A DNA stretch of 60,985 nt, the filler included, from Hausera hauseri (lineage: Eukaryota), in NCBI GenBank assembly GCA_046269625.1. It is 11 parts of 11 records of this genome, joined end to end, with 100 filler letters (N's around TTAATTAATTAA, not from the genome) between each part and the next. Parts side by side here need not be neighbours in the genome. Positions count along the whole stretch, not along the records: positions 15,903 to 22,584 come from JBJURY010075771.1; positions 22,685 to 29,255 come from JBJURY010085991.1; positions 29,356 to 35,856 come from JBJURY010093209.1; positions 35,957 to 41,699 come from JBJURY010196525.1; 7 more parts are not named here. One strand, written 5' to 3'. Within the stretch, counting starts at the first letter, position 1. Each line of letters begins with the position of its first letter. This document shows, piece by piece, positions 21,451-36,962 of this stretch. Under the pieces are notes generated by a model, which did not search any database, had not been told where the DNA came from, and was given only the letters and a program-made list of their open reading frames with translations. A program made the position numbers and the translations under genes.

Positions 21451-22508
21451 TGATCTAATATTTCATCGGCTGTAGATTCTGACCAGTGAATTTTGTCCTT
21501 GGTAACTTCGAAGAGGTCCTCCTTGAGAGCAGGAATAAAATCGTCAAGTTTGGAAATGTATTCATTTAGGTGATTTAAATTATCCCTTTCCTTCATGGGT
21601 AGTTCTTTTGAGAAGTTAATTATGGGTACCCGGATTGTAGCATTTGGACACTTGCTTTCAATCATTTTCAGAGACTTTTGGATTTCATTTATCAAAGAGT
21701 CCTTGTCTGTTGGTGTTCTGTTATTGATACCCACAGATATAATCATGCATTCAACATTGGGCATCATACTAGTTTTTTGGAAGACACAGTGCAGGTGTCT
21801 CCATTTTGCACCAGGAAAGCAGTGCACTGTCAGATCTGAGAGGCCCTTTATTGGAAGATTTTTCATATTAGAATCACCCAAGATGACCCACTTGGTGTCT
21901 AATTGGCCAATAGACCAGTCCTGTGATTTGTTCAAAGTGTTAGGATGGAGTATTACCTGGGTGGTGGGGGGGACGGTGCTGGATGTTGAAATGTTTTTGG
22001 TACGTGAAATGGTAACAGTGTCATTGAAGGAGATCCTTCTTTGTGTGCTGGCTCTCAGTCTGCGCTTAATGTTAAGCTGCTGCGATCTGGGAGTGATTGG
22101 TGGGTCTGCCCGGTCAGGAGAGAGCTGAAATGAGACATTTCTAGCAGGTGGAACTTTAACCTTGAGTTCGTCTTGAAGCAGTTCATCTAAGTGGATCATC
22201 TCCTCTTCAGTTCTGACTCTTTTATTCGACTGTGAAGGAGTAGGGGGTGGGGGGTGGGGGGTGAAGGGTGGAGCTTGTGACGTAGCCAGTTCAACAACAT
22301 TGGTATTGATTGGATGGCGGGTGGAGACTCTCTCTCGATGAGGAAGTGGAATCCAAGTTTGCTGCAGATCGTAGCGGGGAGGATTTGTGTCCAGATTTTT
22401 GTCTGTAGTGTTTGATCCAGAGGGGGAACATGCTGTCGGGATTGAATCAGTCATTGTCCCCGCAGTGGTGACGGTAGGTCTGTGTTGGGGCGGGGGAGGG
22501 GGGTGGGC
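21429..22508 (-). CDS. PLE ORF1 C-terminal part with SGNH/GDSL esterase domain
   Basis: VILGDSN (block I), FPGA (II), ISVGINN (III), DKIHWS (V). Confidence 0.85.
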   Translation of the reverse strand, partial: AHPPPPPQHRPTVTTAGTMTDSIPTACSPSGSNTTDKNLDTNPPRYDLQQTWIPLPHRERVSTRHPINTNVVELATSQAPPFTPHPPPPTPSQSNKRVRTEEEMIHLDELLQDELKVKVPPARNVSFQLSPDRADPPITPRSQQLNIKRRLRASTQRRISFNDTVTISRTKNISTSSTVPPTTQVILHPNTLNKSQDWSIGQLDTKWVILGDSNMKNLPIKGLSDLTVHCFPGAKWRHLHCVFQKTSMMPNVECMIISVGINNRTPTDKDSLINEIQKSLKMIESKCPNATIRVPIINFSKELPMKERDNLNHLNEYISKLDDFIPALKEDLFEVTKDKIHWSESTADEILDHWSYYLN

Positions 22509-22731
22509 CTGTGTTGTCGCTGGCAGAAGTGGATTGTTTACATTAGCCTCGGTGCTAATAGTTAGCTGTCGTTGTTCTTGAGGGNNNNNNNNNNNNNNNN
22601 NNNNNNNNNNNNNNNNNNNNNNNNNNNNTTAATTAATTAANNNNNNNNNNNNNNNNNNNNNNNNNNNNNNNNNNNNNNNNNNNNGTAAATGAACTTCAGA
22701 TATTATTTAAACCTGTAAAAAACTATAATGG

Positions 22732-23863
22732 TGTGGTGCCCACATTGTCCCACCTAAAAATGACAGGAAATATTTGTAAATTATATAGTGATTTTCGTTG
22801 TTTGAATATTCGGCATATAGGTGTGAGAATTAAGTAAAACTTTTTGACTTCTAATTTTCTGGATCACAATCAAATTATTCATACTGGATTTAATTATAAA
22901 TTTATCCAATCTGCAGTCAAATTCTGTCTAAAAGAATATTACCGAATTAATCGAAACCAATAAACGAAATGACAGAAATTCACGTTGGTGTCAGAAGTGG
23001 GATTGCAGAGACCGTCGTTCCTGGAACTAACCATCATCTTCCATGCACGCCGTTCTTTCTCAACAACGGCAGTGCATTACCGTGGATCCTTATCCACTCT
23101 GCATGGTCGGACAGTCATTATCTTAATTCTACAGACAGAACTCCATGAATATATCAAAGAAACTATTTACTAATGATCAAATGACAACCAATCAGAGTAT
23201 CCCTACAAACGTCCAACAAATGTCTTTGAGGCATAAATCATAGCATTCACACAGTCATTATATTATTGAGACAGATTCTTTACAATCTCAAAATGAGCAA
23301 TTTTCTGATTCAAATCTTGGTGTTCGTAGTCAGCTAGTTTATTTACCACTAATTCCACATCCAGCGTAGTCTCTCTTCGATGGGTTACCTGTGGCTGCTC
23401 CTGCTAGCGTTTCTCCATACCAGATTCAACAATGTCAGAAACGTCTTCGACCAAATACTCCTCAAGCTCGGTCTAGAAGGTTTCAAATTCCGGCTACTCA
23501 GGCTGAAATTAACTTCATGGGTCAGCAACGACAACAGCAACTGCGAGGTGAAGACTGCTGGTACCCAGATGATAAATGTTGGGTCCCCCAAGGCAACATT
23601 TACTTTGCCACGAGGGGGTGATGTAGTGCCCACATTGGCCTACCTAAAATGATAGCAAATATTTTTAAATTATAGTGATTTTTGTTGTTTGAATATTTAG
23701 CATATAGGTGTAAGAATTAAATAAAACTTTTATGACTTCTAATTTTATGGATCTCGATCAATTTATTCATAATTATAAATTTATTCAATCTGCAGTCAAA
23801 TTCTGTCTAAAAGAATATTACCGAATTAACCGAAACCAAAAAACTAAAGGAGAGAAATTCACA
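22732..23863 (+). mobile_element. Complete miniature non-autonomous LTR element (TRIM-like or internally deleted Gypsy)
   Basis: LTRs 22732-22984 and 23622-23863; PBS 22986-23003; PPT GAGGGGGTGA 23612-23621; 5-bp TSD AATGG on both sides. Confidence 0.92.
22986..23003 (+). promoter_or_regulatory. Primer binding site complementary to tRNA-Leu(CAA) 3' end
   Basis: TGGTGTCAGAAGTGGGAT is the reverse complement of ATCCCACTTCTGACACCA. Confidence 0.85.
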
Positions 23864-23950
23864 AATGGGGTATAATTTCTAAATCCTCCTTTGTGCTTTC
23901 AATCCGTGGTACAAAGAAGTATTGAAATATTCTAAATTAGGTGAGGTGAT

Positions 23951-24057
23951 TGTGGTGCCCACATCGGCCAGCACCCTCTGGCCCATTTGGTTGGACACGA
24001 TTGGGCGTCCGCCGCCGCGTCAGGCCCATAGGCGGGCCCCGATCTTCCGCTTTTACA
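23951..24057 (+). repeat. Short GC-rich LTR-like segment related to the contig 7 Gypsy 3' LTR
   Basis: Starts TGTGGTGCCCAC; GGCCCATTTGGTTGG core matches 36980-37080 in reverse. Confidence 0.6.
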
Positions 24058-24429
24058 GTCGTATCACTAACCTATGAATATTTACAATGATCTACGAATC
24101 TTTTCAAGAAATGGAAAGTACATTAATCAGTACAGAAATGATTTGAATTTAAGCATCGACGATAACATTTGTCCACAATATCAGTCGTTTTCATCAAACT
24201 TTAAAGAAGTAAACACTCTAACTATTGATGATGATTCGTTTTGTGATATCATGACCAAACGTTACCATTACTAAAAGAAGAAAGCGTGCATTCTTTCATT
24301 AATGAAATGGATCCGAATTCACAGCTCTCAAATCAATCAGGCACATCAAACAGTTAGACTTGAACTCAAACAAATCTCGACTGCAATCCGTACAACAAAA
24401 ATTATCTGAAAAACAGAAAAAGTTCAAAT

Positions 24430-24590
24430 ACAATTTGCACATCAACGATATTCGAGATGGTACTGCGTTGTTCACGCTGCTAGAAGTACGGAGTCATCAT
24501 AAATTGCCATTCCAGCAGCCCTATGTGGGATTCCATTGTTTGAAAAACATCACTAAAATTCTGATTTTTCTCAAATCTCAAAATTACGAT
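24430..24590 (+). pseudogene. Calponin-homology (CH1, spectrin/plectin/dystrophin-type) domain fragment
   Basis: DIRDGTALFTLLEVRSHHKLP..GFHCLKNITKILIFLK resembles DLRDG..L..LLEVLS..KLP...RFH.L.N...L.FLK. Confidence 0.6.
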
Positions 24591-24814
24591 TGGACAATAT
24601 TCGTGTCAAAAACGAAGCTCTAAATCTATCGAAATTTCTCTTGTGGAATTTGTTGAAATTTACAATTCAGTGAAGAACCCATGGAAACACTGAAGGATTT
24701 CTCAAGTGCTTTCCATGACGAAATATTAAAAGGCAAAATTCCATTTACCCAATTAAATTCCGGATTGAAACCTGAATATAAAAAGGAAAACTACATAAAA
24801 GAGGCTACCATAAA

Positions 24815-24970
24815 CCAAGAGGGATTCCAGAGGTATCGAGCAACGGAATTTTGTGGACTACAAAGTTGCCCATATAATAGTCAGAGAACTACTCATTTCC
24901 ATTGTATGAAAAGAAACTGTAAATTTACAGTCAAAAACAAAGCTGATATGGATAAACACAAAACTCGTCC
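24815..24970 (+). pseudogene. Castor (CASZ1-like) zinc finger fragment
   Basis: EGFQRYRATEFCGLQSCPYNSQRTTHFHCMKRNCKFTVKNKADMDKHK matches the castor repeat GF.R.RATE.CG...C......TTHFHC....C.FT.KNK.D..KHK. Confidence 0.75.
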
Positions 24971-25900
24971 GAATGGCGAAACGAAACGAAGAGATTTAGG
25001 GCCAACTACCCTTGTATTGCTCACTGTACTCTTCTGTATAAGGATCATTTAAATTGTATGGCACCGAAATGCAACGTTGCATTAAAAATAAAGGACAAGA
25101 TTAAATACCATATCCGTCAACTTAGGATCGATAAATTACTTCTCCATCATTGTTACACACTTTGTACATATTCCAATCATATCAACAATCACACAGTCGA
25201 CACCCCAATAGCTCATTATCATTGTATGTGGTTCTATTGTAATTACATTAGATTTGCATCCTATTTGAGACACGAATTCAACACCGGTTTCAATTTCCTC
25301 CAAGAGATTTACGATTATTTCATTTGCCATGAACCGCGATTCCATTATCTTGTCAAGTCGTACGAACAAATCCATATCGCGAGATGTCAGTAAAACAATC
25401 CAATATTTTCACTTATAATTCGATGCGACATGAACGATGGGGAATATTTATATTTGCATGACAATGTTTGTTCGTTAACTTTTCAAGGATTTGTTAAAAT
25501 GAACTAAAATAATAAAAATTATCGCGTTTGGATTCTGATTTTTCGAGATCTCCATTTTGGAAATTGTCATACATTTGCTTTTTGAATTTTAAAGTCAGAA
25601 ATTTTTGGCCATGTTGGAAGTTCTATTCGTTTGATTTTTGATCAATGGATATTGTTCAGTTGTTAACTAACGTCGGAATTTTTGAATTTGATGTAATTCT
25701 TCAAATTTTAACATTGAAAGTCCATAACTTAGATTGGTTTCTCTTTAATCATTTTGATATGAATTCTCTTGGTGAACTGGTTGATGGGATTTTTGAATCA
25801 TTGTTTGTCTTTGCATGCAATGCAGTCTTCATGTTAACAGATACCATTCATGAAGTTAATAATTGATGTCAGAAAAAGGTAACGTTTCGTTACATTGTAA

Positions 25901-28895
<2,995 letters not shown>

Positions 28896-29355
28896 TTCCA
28901 ATTCGATCCGTAATCCGACTCCATCTTGTCGCATGATGTGTGTGTTTTTAAAAAAAGAAGCATGATTTTTTTGCTGCCCGTCGCCTTTTCTAAAATATAA
29001 AATTGACTGAAAATTCAGTGTGTATGATGTTTTTTCTGGAGGTTTTGTAAAGTTTAAGATGATGACATACCATCTTATTTATAAAAATGTGAGATTTATT
29101 TCAATTAGAAAGTTTCGGTACTTTTTAAGTCTGCTAATGTATATGTTAACCATTCAGTCTAAAAAATAAAACGACTTTTTGAACTGTAGAAAATTGAGTA
29201 GAGATTTTGTTTAGAATGTGTTTAAATTCATGTGATATAGTCAAAACCAATGCTTNNNNNNNNNNNNNNNNNNNNNNNNNNNNNNNNNNNNNNNNNNNNT
29301 TAATTAATTAANNNNNNNNNNNNNNNNNNNNNNNNNNNNNNNNNNNNNNNNNNNN

Positions 29356-31290
29356 AGGCGTGTGTGACCATTCTTACCGGTGGTCTTTCATAATTTCAGG
29401 GACTATGATTGTCACTATATTTTAAAATGGGTAATAAATATATTTTAGCACTGGGAATTATCTGTAATTTCAACTACGATGGAGAAATAACTATCTTTGT
29501 TTTCTCGCACAAACCGTTCTCAGGTACATTTCCTCAATACATTGCAGTTGCTGAATGAATCATTGGCAAAGCTAGTAAATAGTTTGCAAGATGTGCCGAT
29601 AACATCAACACAGTTTCCTGCACATACTGCACGTAGAAAAGGTATATTTCCATGTGACTTTGCGGTGTCATAAGAACGGCTTTACATGACAGAAGCATTA
29701 CCATCGAAATTATCCTGTATCACCGAAGATGAATAGCACAAAACACAGGAATTTTGGGCAGAGCTCGGCAGTACAAATCTGCTGGAGTACATGTTTCGAT
29801 ATTTAAAACTGAAAGCGTACTTATTAGCTGATGTGTTTCAGACATTTCAGACTGAAGCGTTGCAGGAAGATAGATAAGAGACACTCAACTTTTATTCCAT
29901 ACCGGGAATGAGTTGGGCCTCGGTCCTGATCAAACTGGATCGAGAAACAGAGCTGTTGCAAGATCCAGAAATGTAACGACTGTTTGATGTAGATATTCGT
30001 GGTAGCACGACGTTTGTCAACAAGCACCAGGTTAATGATACTAGCAGTGGCGATAATACCACATTACTGTTGTACATTAATATTAATAATATGTATGACT
30101 GGGCGTTTTTGCAAACCATGCTGTACGGTCAACTCGAATAGGTAGTCGACAAACAAGACCTAGATGCATTAATACAAAATCTACCGAGAGCAGACAACGG
30201 AAAACAGCTCAAATGGATACCTAATGAAGTCGATCGTGTGATACCAGATGAGCTGCATGAGTTTCTGGATGAATTATTAGTTGTACCATTTAACCAATGT
30301 CCACCTGGCTTGAAGATGAAGAAGCTGCTTATGACGCATAAACCCGAGCAGAATTACATTTTCATTGGCGTCTGTTGCAACTTTAAATGCAAATTGGTGC
30401 ACGTGTCACACAGTTTCATCGCGCAATCCGATTTGCACAGGCTCCGATATTTAAATTGTACATAGATCGGAATTCAGAAAAACGAGCCTCAGCCTGTACA
30501 AAGTTTGACAAAGATTACTACAATCTGAAAAACAATTCTCTCTACGGAAAACAGGAGAGAATCTCAAAAGGGGGCATAGTGTACGTCGAGGCAACAATGA
30601 AAAGCGGTTGGTTATGTAAACCAGTAAGGTTCAATTAATTCGGTCAATGCACATTGCTGACTGATTGGTTGCCATACTTTTAACAAGAAACAAGTCATAC
30701 TGAACCGTCCAAATTATATAGGATAGGTAGTATTGGATCTGAGTAAGCTATGAATGTATGACTTGGCACGTTACCGACAAATGTTTGACGGTTGCTAGAT
30801 TAATATAATTGCCGGTGACAAGGATAGTTTCTTCCTGAAACTGGAATATGTCAATCGCGAACAATTACTGCGGCAAATGATGACAGACGGATTACTAGAC
30901 ACATCCAACTACCCACAGAATCATCCATTGTACAGCAACGTGATTACAAACAAAATTTGATGCTTCAAGAATGATAGAGAAGGTCGCATTCAGTATCGGG
31001 AATGGATATTTATACGCCCAGAATGCTATAGTCTTTTAACGGACTGTGGACCAAAAATGCGCAGAAAAGGAATTCAGCTGGCGCAGACAGAAATTTACCA
31101 TGATGATTATTGCTGTATCTATGAGAAATAAGACGGAGGAGGAGGACAATCAATGGCTGTGCCTCAAACGATAATCCAGTCAACTGAACACCAGCTGTAT
31201 AATGTGACCAGTACGAAAGTCGCTTTATCATGTAATGATGATAAGCGCGTGGGTGGGGAGAAATAAGAGTTGAGCATACGGACATTGGCG
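29356..31290 (+). pseudogene. Polinton/adintovirus PolB relic (AGD variant)
   Basis: LPVVFHNF..YD, RKGIFP, KKLLMT, LKNNSLYGK, IAGDKDSFF, LDTSNYPQNHPLYSN, LSCNDDKR; heavily decayed. Confidence 0.85.
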
Positions 31291-32160
31291 TTTGAAATAA
31301 AACACACAAATTCGGTGCTCTGACGACACGATGAAGACAGATCAATGTGACCCAATTACTGTGACAGTTACATGTTAACTGTGTTTTGTAAATAATTCTC
31401 ATTGTTCATCGTTTTGGCTTTTGCTTTTTTTAATTAATATATTTAACAAACTGATTGGGTGAGAAACAGTACAAAAATTAAAAAAACAAACTCAATTATA
31501 TTTATTAATCATAATCAAAAAAGTAAATCAAATCAGAGTAAACTTTCCCAGTTTCCATATTAGTGATTTAATGCCTTGCAGTTCCTTGTATCCTTTCAGT
31601 TTCAATGTTACATACCTTTTAGTTCCTTCCCGCGGCAAAACTTCTGCTCCCCCTCCACTTGAGTTGACAATTTTCTTTACATTTCCTTTTAGAGAAATGG
31701 ACGATGTGTCTCGGATATCGTTAGTCAACACCAAATCACTGTCAACTTTTTAACTGTGTCTTCCATTGTATCTAAATCATCGTCGCTAATCTTCTTCATC
31801 AATAGACCATATTTCACTGGTTTGATCTAACTTTTTGCACCAACTGCAACTGAATAGTGTTGCGCAGATAATGCAAATTGTATCCATTATACAACCTGAA
31901 ATCTCAGAAAGAATATATGTTGTACCTTGGATTTTTCTGCCACTCACAGAACTGTCACCTTGCTTGTTTTCATCGTAAGAATACATTTTCTAAAAAAATT
32001 AAACTGTCAGAAAAACAAACAGACACAAGCTTGTATGTGACACCAAAGAGCTTTTGAGACGGAAATATAAGCATTCTTTAATTTCTGATTTAATCCATAG
32101 ATGTTGGTCACTATCGTCATCCTTTGAAAAAACTGAAAAATGCCTGAATTCATTTATGTC

Positions 32161-32210
32161 AGAAGCATTAGACAAAGAGAAGCATTAGACAAAGAGAAGC
32201 ATTAGACAAA
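32161..32210 (+). repeat. 17-bp tandem repeat x3
   Basis: AGAAGCATTAGACAAAG units. Confidence 0.85.
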
Positions 32211-32399
32211 AACTAAAAAATATGTCAAAAGTCGACACATAAGAAATCTAAGATTCAGTGATCACATTGCAGATTCTTTACACAGGAGGAAGCAATGAAT
32301 TTAAAAAGCATGTGTTAAAATGCCTCGGTCCATTTATCAAGTCTAATGTAACATTGAAATAGAAAAAATTTGTGAATAATTTTAATACCAAATCTAGTA

Positions 32400-32660
32400 T
32401 ACCACTGGGACTGATTGTAGACATAGTTTATCAGTTTAATTGTAACGGATGCAATGCATCCTACATAGGAGAGACAGGTTTCATTTCTGTGAACGTGTCA
32501 AGGAAAATTTCCAAATAAGTCAAAATAGCAGCATGGTAGATCACCATTGTTCATGCCAAATGAGAACAGGTTATGAGGATATAATCGAGAATTGAAATTA
32601 TAAACTTAAATTAGAAACATTTTTAAATTTTAAAAATTCGGCCCTGAATTTAATTTAAAA
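32400..32660 (+). pseudogene. Penelope-like GIY-YIG endonuclease remnant
   Basis: IVYQFNCNGCNASYIGETG at ~32424-32480. Confidence 0.7.
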
Positions 32661-34867
32661 ATGTAACATTAAAAGTATAATTTAATTTTGGAATTTTCGG
32701 AAAATTTGTTTCCAAATAAGTATTTGAGACAATAAAAATTTTCTACAACTGGTGTTAACTTTGCAATGAGTATTACCAGGGGGTGGGATTTTCCAACCCT
32801 ACTCAAGCTGGGCGATGACATGGACGGCGTAGATATGACCGCGGCCAACAGAGTTATTATACTCTTTCTCCAATCTCCTACCAAATTTTTCTGGGCTTTT
32901 CTAATGCATTCATAGATTTGAAGCTGCAATTTTTCATTCCGGTTTTATTTTAGGTTTTAAATATCGATCAGTCAGTTGGTCATAAAAGTTCCATTCTAAC
33001 ATTTTTTTTTAATTTTTCAATGAACATGCATGAAAAGCGCGACTGCATTTCTTCCACAAATTAATAAATACTATGAAATATTTTTCACAATATGAGAAAT
33101 AAATTCTATGATAAACTGAACGAGAAGTACAGATTCTAATTCTTTAAAAAATTACCCATAGTCAGTTATGTAATAACAATTTCACGTATGCGTATTTCAG
33201 AATATTTATTAATTTTGTTGAAAACAATGCAGTTGTTATTTTAGTGTACCTATTTCTTGAAATGGTTGTACTTTTTAAACTGAACAACTGTTTCACTTCA
33301 AAACATAAAAAACTACTGTAGGAAGTTTTAGTCATTGTAATAAATCACTAAAAAGCAAAATTATGCACAACTATGAATTTATCCTACAATTTACTTTATT
33401 ACACCATTTTTATTCAACGTGTTTTTTGATAATTTCTGTAACTAATTAATAATTTTTGTTTAAATAATTAACTCATTTAATTTTCTAACGTTTAAAAGTG
33501 TAAATGTCAAAATCAGACGTGCTAATTTTGAACGAATTACTGGTGTTTGCTTTTCACTTAACTGCTACCACAAATTCTGCCTAGTCTAGATATAATTTAT
33601 CAAATTGTTCTGTCAATAATTTAATTCTTTTCTTTCTAATCGGGATTATAACAATTTTTAAACACTGATTCGATACTAATTCACAATTAGCAAAAAGGAT
33701 TTTAGTAAAGACTATGGGAGTAGCTTGAGAACACCCCAATCAAGTTTACTATTCTATTGTAGGGCTGTTCTCTTGCTACTTGATACGTCTTTCTTTTTTT
33801 TGTTTGAACTGTTAATCAACCAGATAGATTTAATAATGTTACCACTCAAAATTTTATACAATCAACAGGAAAATCACGGCAGATCACAGATCAGTCCGTG
33901 AATTTTTCTGTACATACAACTTATTTTATCATTCATTCGATTTTATCAACGATTAACCAAAAAAAATAATAAGTAGACAATTAAAACTGTAGATAAAAAA
34001 GGAAGTAAAACTATACCCACTTGAACAATAAAATGGCGATGCTCTCGGTATCACTGGAGTATTTGACAATAACGACTTTCACTTTATATATATATTTTTG
34101 TTTTTTCTTTCTTTTCTTTTCTTTCGTCTTCTTTCACAACGAATACGCGAACAATGTTAAAAAGGATTAAGACAATAACACGAACGATGTATATTTTTTG
34201 TGTCTATTTCTTTTTACCTGCGGGTATTTATACCTCGCAATGATGATAATTATACAAAATCAAAGTGTTAATTATCCTCAACAAAATAAAAAGGAAAAGT
34301 CTAGACAGTACGCCAACTGTTAGGTTTCCCGTCAATTAAATGTCCCAACAAAATGACTTTATTGAGGTTCTCCGTTGCGTCACCCATTGCGTCATTGCAT
34401 CTGACGAAAATGTAGCGCTTATTGATATATTGCTATGGATATTTACCACATACCAATAATGTGAAGTCTGTTGAGATGCGTCGTGGAGGTATGTAAGAGA
34501 TTGACGTTGACTTTGGTGTCGAGTGTGTGTTAATGATGGAAATCGGGTGAAGCAGAAGTGACGAACTTTGTCATCCAGGTCGTTGCCAATAGTTCGTACC
34601 TATGTTTGGTTGCCTCCTTGGTGGACTGTATTTGTTTTGTTTTAATTAACTGCGCCATTTTTTGTGTGAATATTTCCATATGTAGTCAATAATGATAAAA
34701 TTAATCGAAATAAAAGTGTAAAAATTTGTTTTACTACTGTGTTGATTGGCATATTCAGTACAAATTAAATGTGTGTATTTGAAATAAACAAACTGTTTGA
34801 AAGTCACTTCATTAATCGATATCTTATTATTAGACTTTAGTCACACATCCAATTTCACATTCGAATA

Positions 34868-35856
34868 ATGATTTTATACGTATTTGGTGGAATATTCCTC
34901 CTACTGTATCTATGGTCATTGAGTTGTAGGAAAGAGAAAATTCCAGATGGATTACGATTATTACCATTGGAAAAAGGATTTCCAATACTTGGAATAATAC
35001 CATACATCAAAGAGCCAATGCATCATTATTTTATGAAACTTGTGAAGAAACATGGTCCAATTTTCAAATTCCGAATGGGTTTACGCGAAATGATCGTCAT
35101 GAATGATTATGCCATGCTGAAGAAGACAGTGAAAGCCAATGGAGATGTTTATGCTGGTCGATGGCATACAAAACTTCTTGATATTTTCTGTGGCAACTGT
35201 GGCGTTTTAGGAGTTGATGGATACGCCTGGGCTACTCACAGATCGTTCATTTTGAAGGTTCTACGAGATTTCGGATTGGGAAAATCAAGATCCAATGAAA
35301 TAGTCCAAAGTGAATGTGAACAATTGATGATTGAATTGAAAAGTCTGAAAGGCAAACCGATGAATTTTGGTGATTCGATACCAATTTATACGGCAAATAT
35401 CATATCAAAATTTATCATGAACAAACGATTTGATAGGGAAGATGAACGAATAAAAACAATTGAAGAGGATGTTGCAAAATCGTCGAAACAAGCCAATTGG
35501 ATGCAAAATGTGCTTTTAATGTTTCCTCAAACTGATTATTCATGGATCATTTGTAAAATCGTTACTATGATTGACTCAGACCGTAAAAATGTTGAGAAAA
35601 TTAAGGACTATTTCAGAAAAGAAATTAAATCCCATTCTGAAAATTTGGATCCCCATGGTGATGGAAATGACTTAATGGATCGATTTCTTATGGAACAGAA
35701 AGAAACAGTTAAAAAAATTGGACGAGAAGACACATTCACAGAAATGCAATTAATTCGAAGTTCGTACGAGTTATTTATGGCAGGATATGAAACTACATCA
35801 ACCACACTCAATTGGAGTATGATGTTCCTTGCTAAGTATCCTGACATTCAGGAAAA
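34868..35856 (+). CDS. Cytochrome P450, CYP2 clan, 3'-truncated by contig end
   Basis: N-terminal TM, GFPILG, KHGPIF, W..HRSF..LRDFGLGK, DLMDRFL, I-helix ELFMAGYETTSTTLNW..LAKYPDIQE. Confidence 0.93.
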
Positions 35857-36962
35857 NNNNNNNNNNNNNNNNNNNNNNNNNNNNNNNNNNNNNNNNNNNN
35901 TTAATTAATTAANNNNNNNNNNNNNNNNNNNNNNNNNNNNNNNNNNNNNNNNNNNNTTATCAATAATACTAATACTACTAATAGTAATATCATTAACAAT
36001 AACAACAAATAATATAAAATAAAGATAGAGTCAGATAGTGCATAAGAATCGTATTTGTACATAGGCTCATAAATAGCATCTGAGACAACGTTTTAGTATC
36101 AGCTGTCGGAGGCGAGAGTCAAGCGTATCGGATGATAATTTTGATTATATTTCGCAGACTTTCAAGCTCGTGTTTATTTGTTGCTGCACAGAAACGAACT
36201 GCTTTCCCGTTAGACAAAACCGGCCGCATTAAACTCCAGTGCAAATGAGACTTATCGGTGAGACAGTCAACGGTTTAGATGTTTCAACACTTATTTTTAC
36301 TAATATTTTTTGTATTTCGACTTTGATTTTTTTCGAAAAGAAATTTTTGCTAGTACTGACGATTTCACTGGTTTCATCAGCTTACTTGTTACAATTTCTA
36401 ATCCAATTTCACTAAGAAATGTTTTCTTCTGCCTTGTGTGGGACGAAAAATGTGAGTAACTGGATTGTATAACGCAGTGATCAACAACAGACAATATTTT
36501 CTGCAATTGTTTAATACTCAGGCATTTACACGATGGTTTTAATGTCTTGTGAACTGTTGTCTCTAACGATAATTCCGGAATCGTTGGTAGAATATCGGCT
36601 AAACTGTACGCTCCAAGACCCTTCAATATATAGGCGTATTTTTCCTTAGGACTCACTTCACTAGCACTGGCAGATTTATTCCATATATCACTATAATTAA
36701 TATCATTTACTCGATATGAAGACTGACCATGGCTAGAAAATTCAACGATTCGTTGGCATTACTACGATCAGTGATTGTGCTGATAACATACGATGACCGA
36801 TATGTTTAATTGCTTTATGATAAATCTAAAACTTCAACTTGGGAGAAAAATATTGGTTCTTTATACTTAATTTCAGTTTCATCGTCATCTATTTCTTTGA
36901 TCTTTTATTTTCTTTGTCCGTCAACGATGGTGTAATTGGAGGAATTTTTATGATGGAAAAAT

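Larger units (their letters stand above)
15903..22584 (-). mobile_element. Penelope-like retroelement (PLE), complete 6605-bp unit, circularly permuted
   Basis: 77-bp terminal overlap (15903-15979 = 22508-22584); RT plus GIY-YIG ORF; hammerhead motif. Confidence 0.93.

Noticed and set aside
21595-22128. 177-aa + strand ORF and other antisense ORFs over PLE, USP7 and pol
   Set aside because: Shadow frames of well-supported opposite-strand genes with no motifs of their own.
33960-34700. Possible solo LTR with a TATA box on the minus strand
   Set aside because: Could not define TG..CA termini, a TSD or a second copy.
36300-36656. 118-aa ORF
   Set aside because: No recognisable motif; cannot support a product call.
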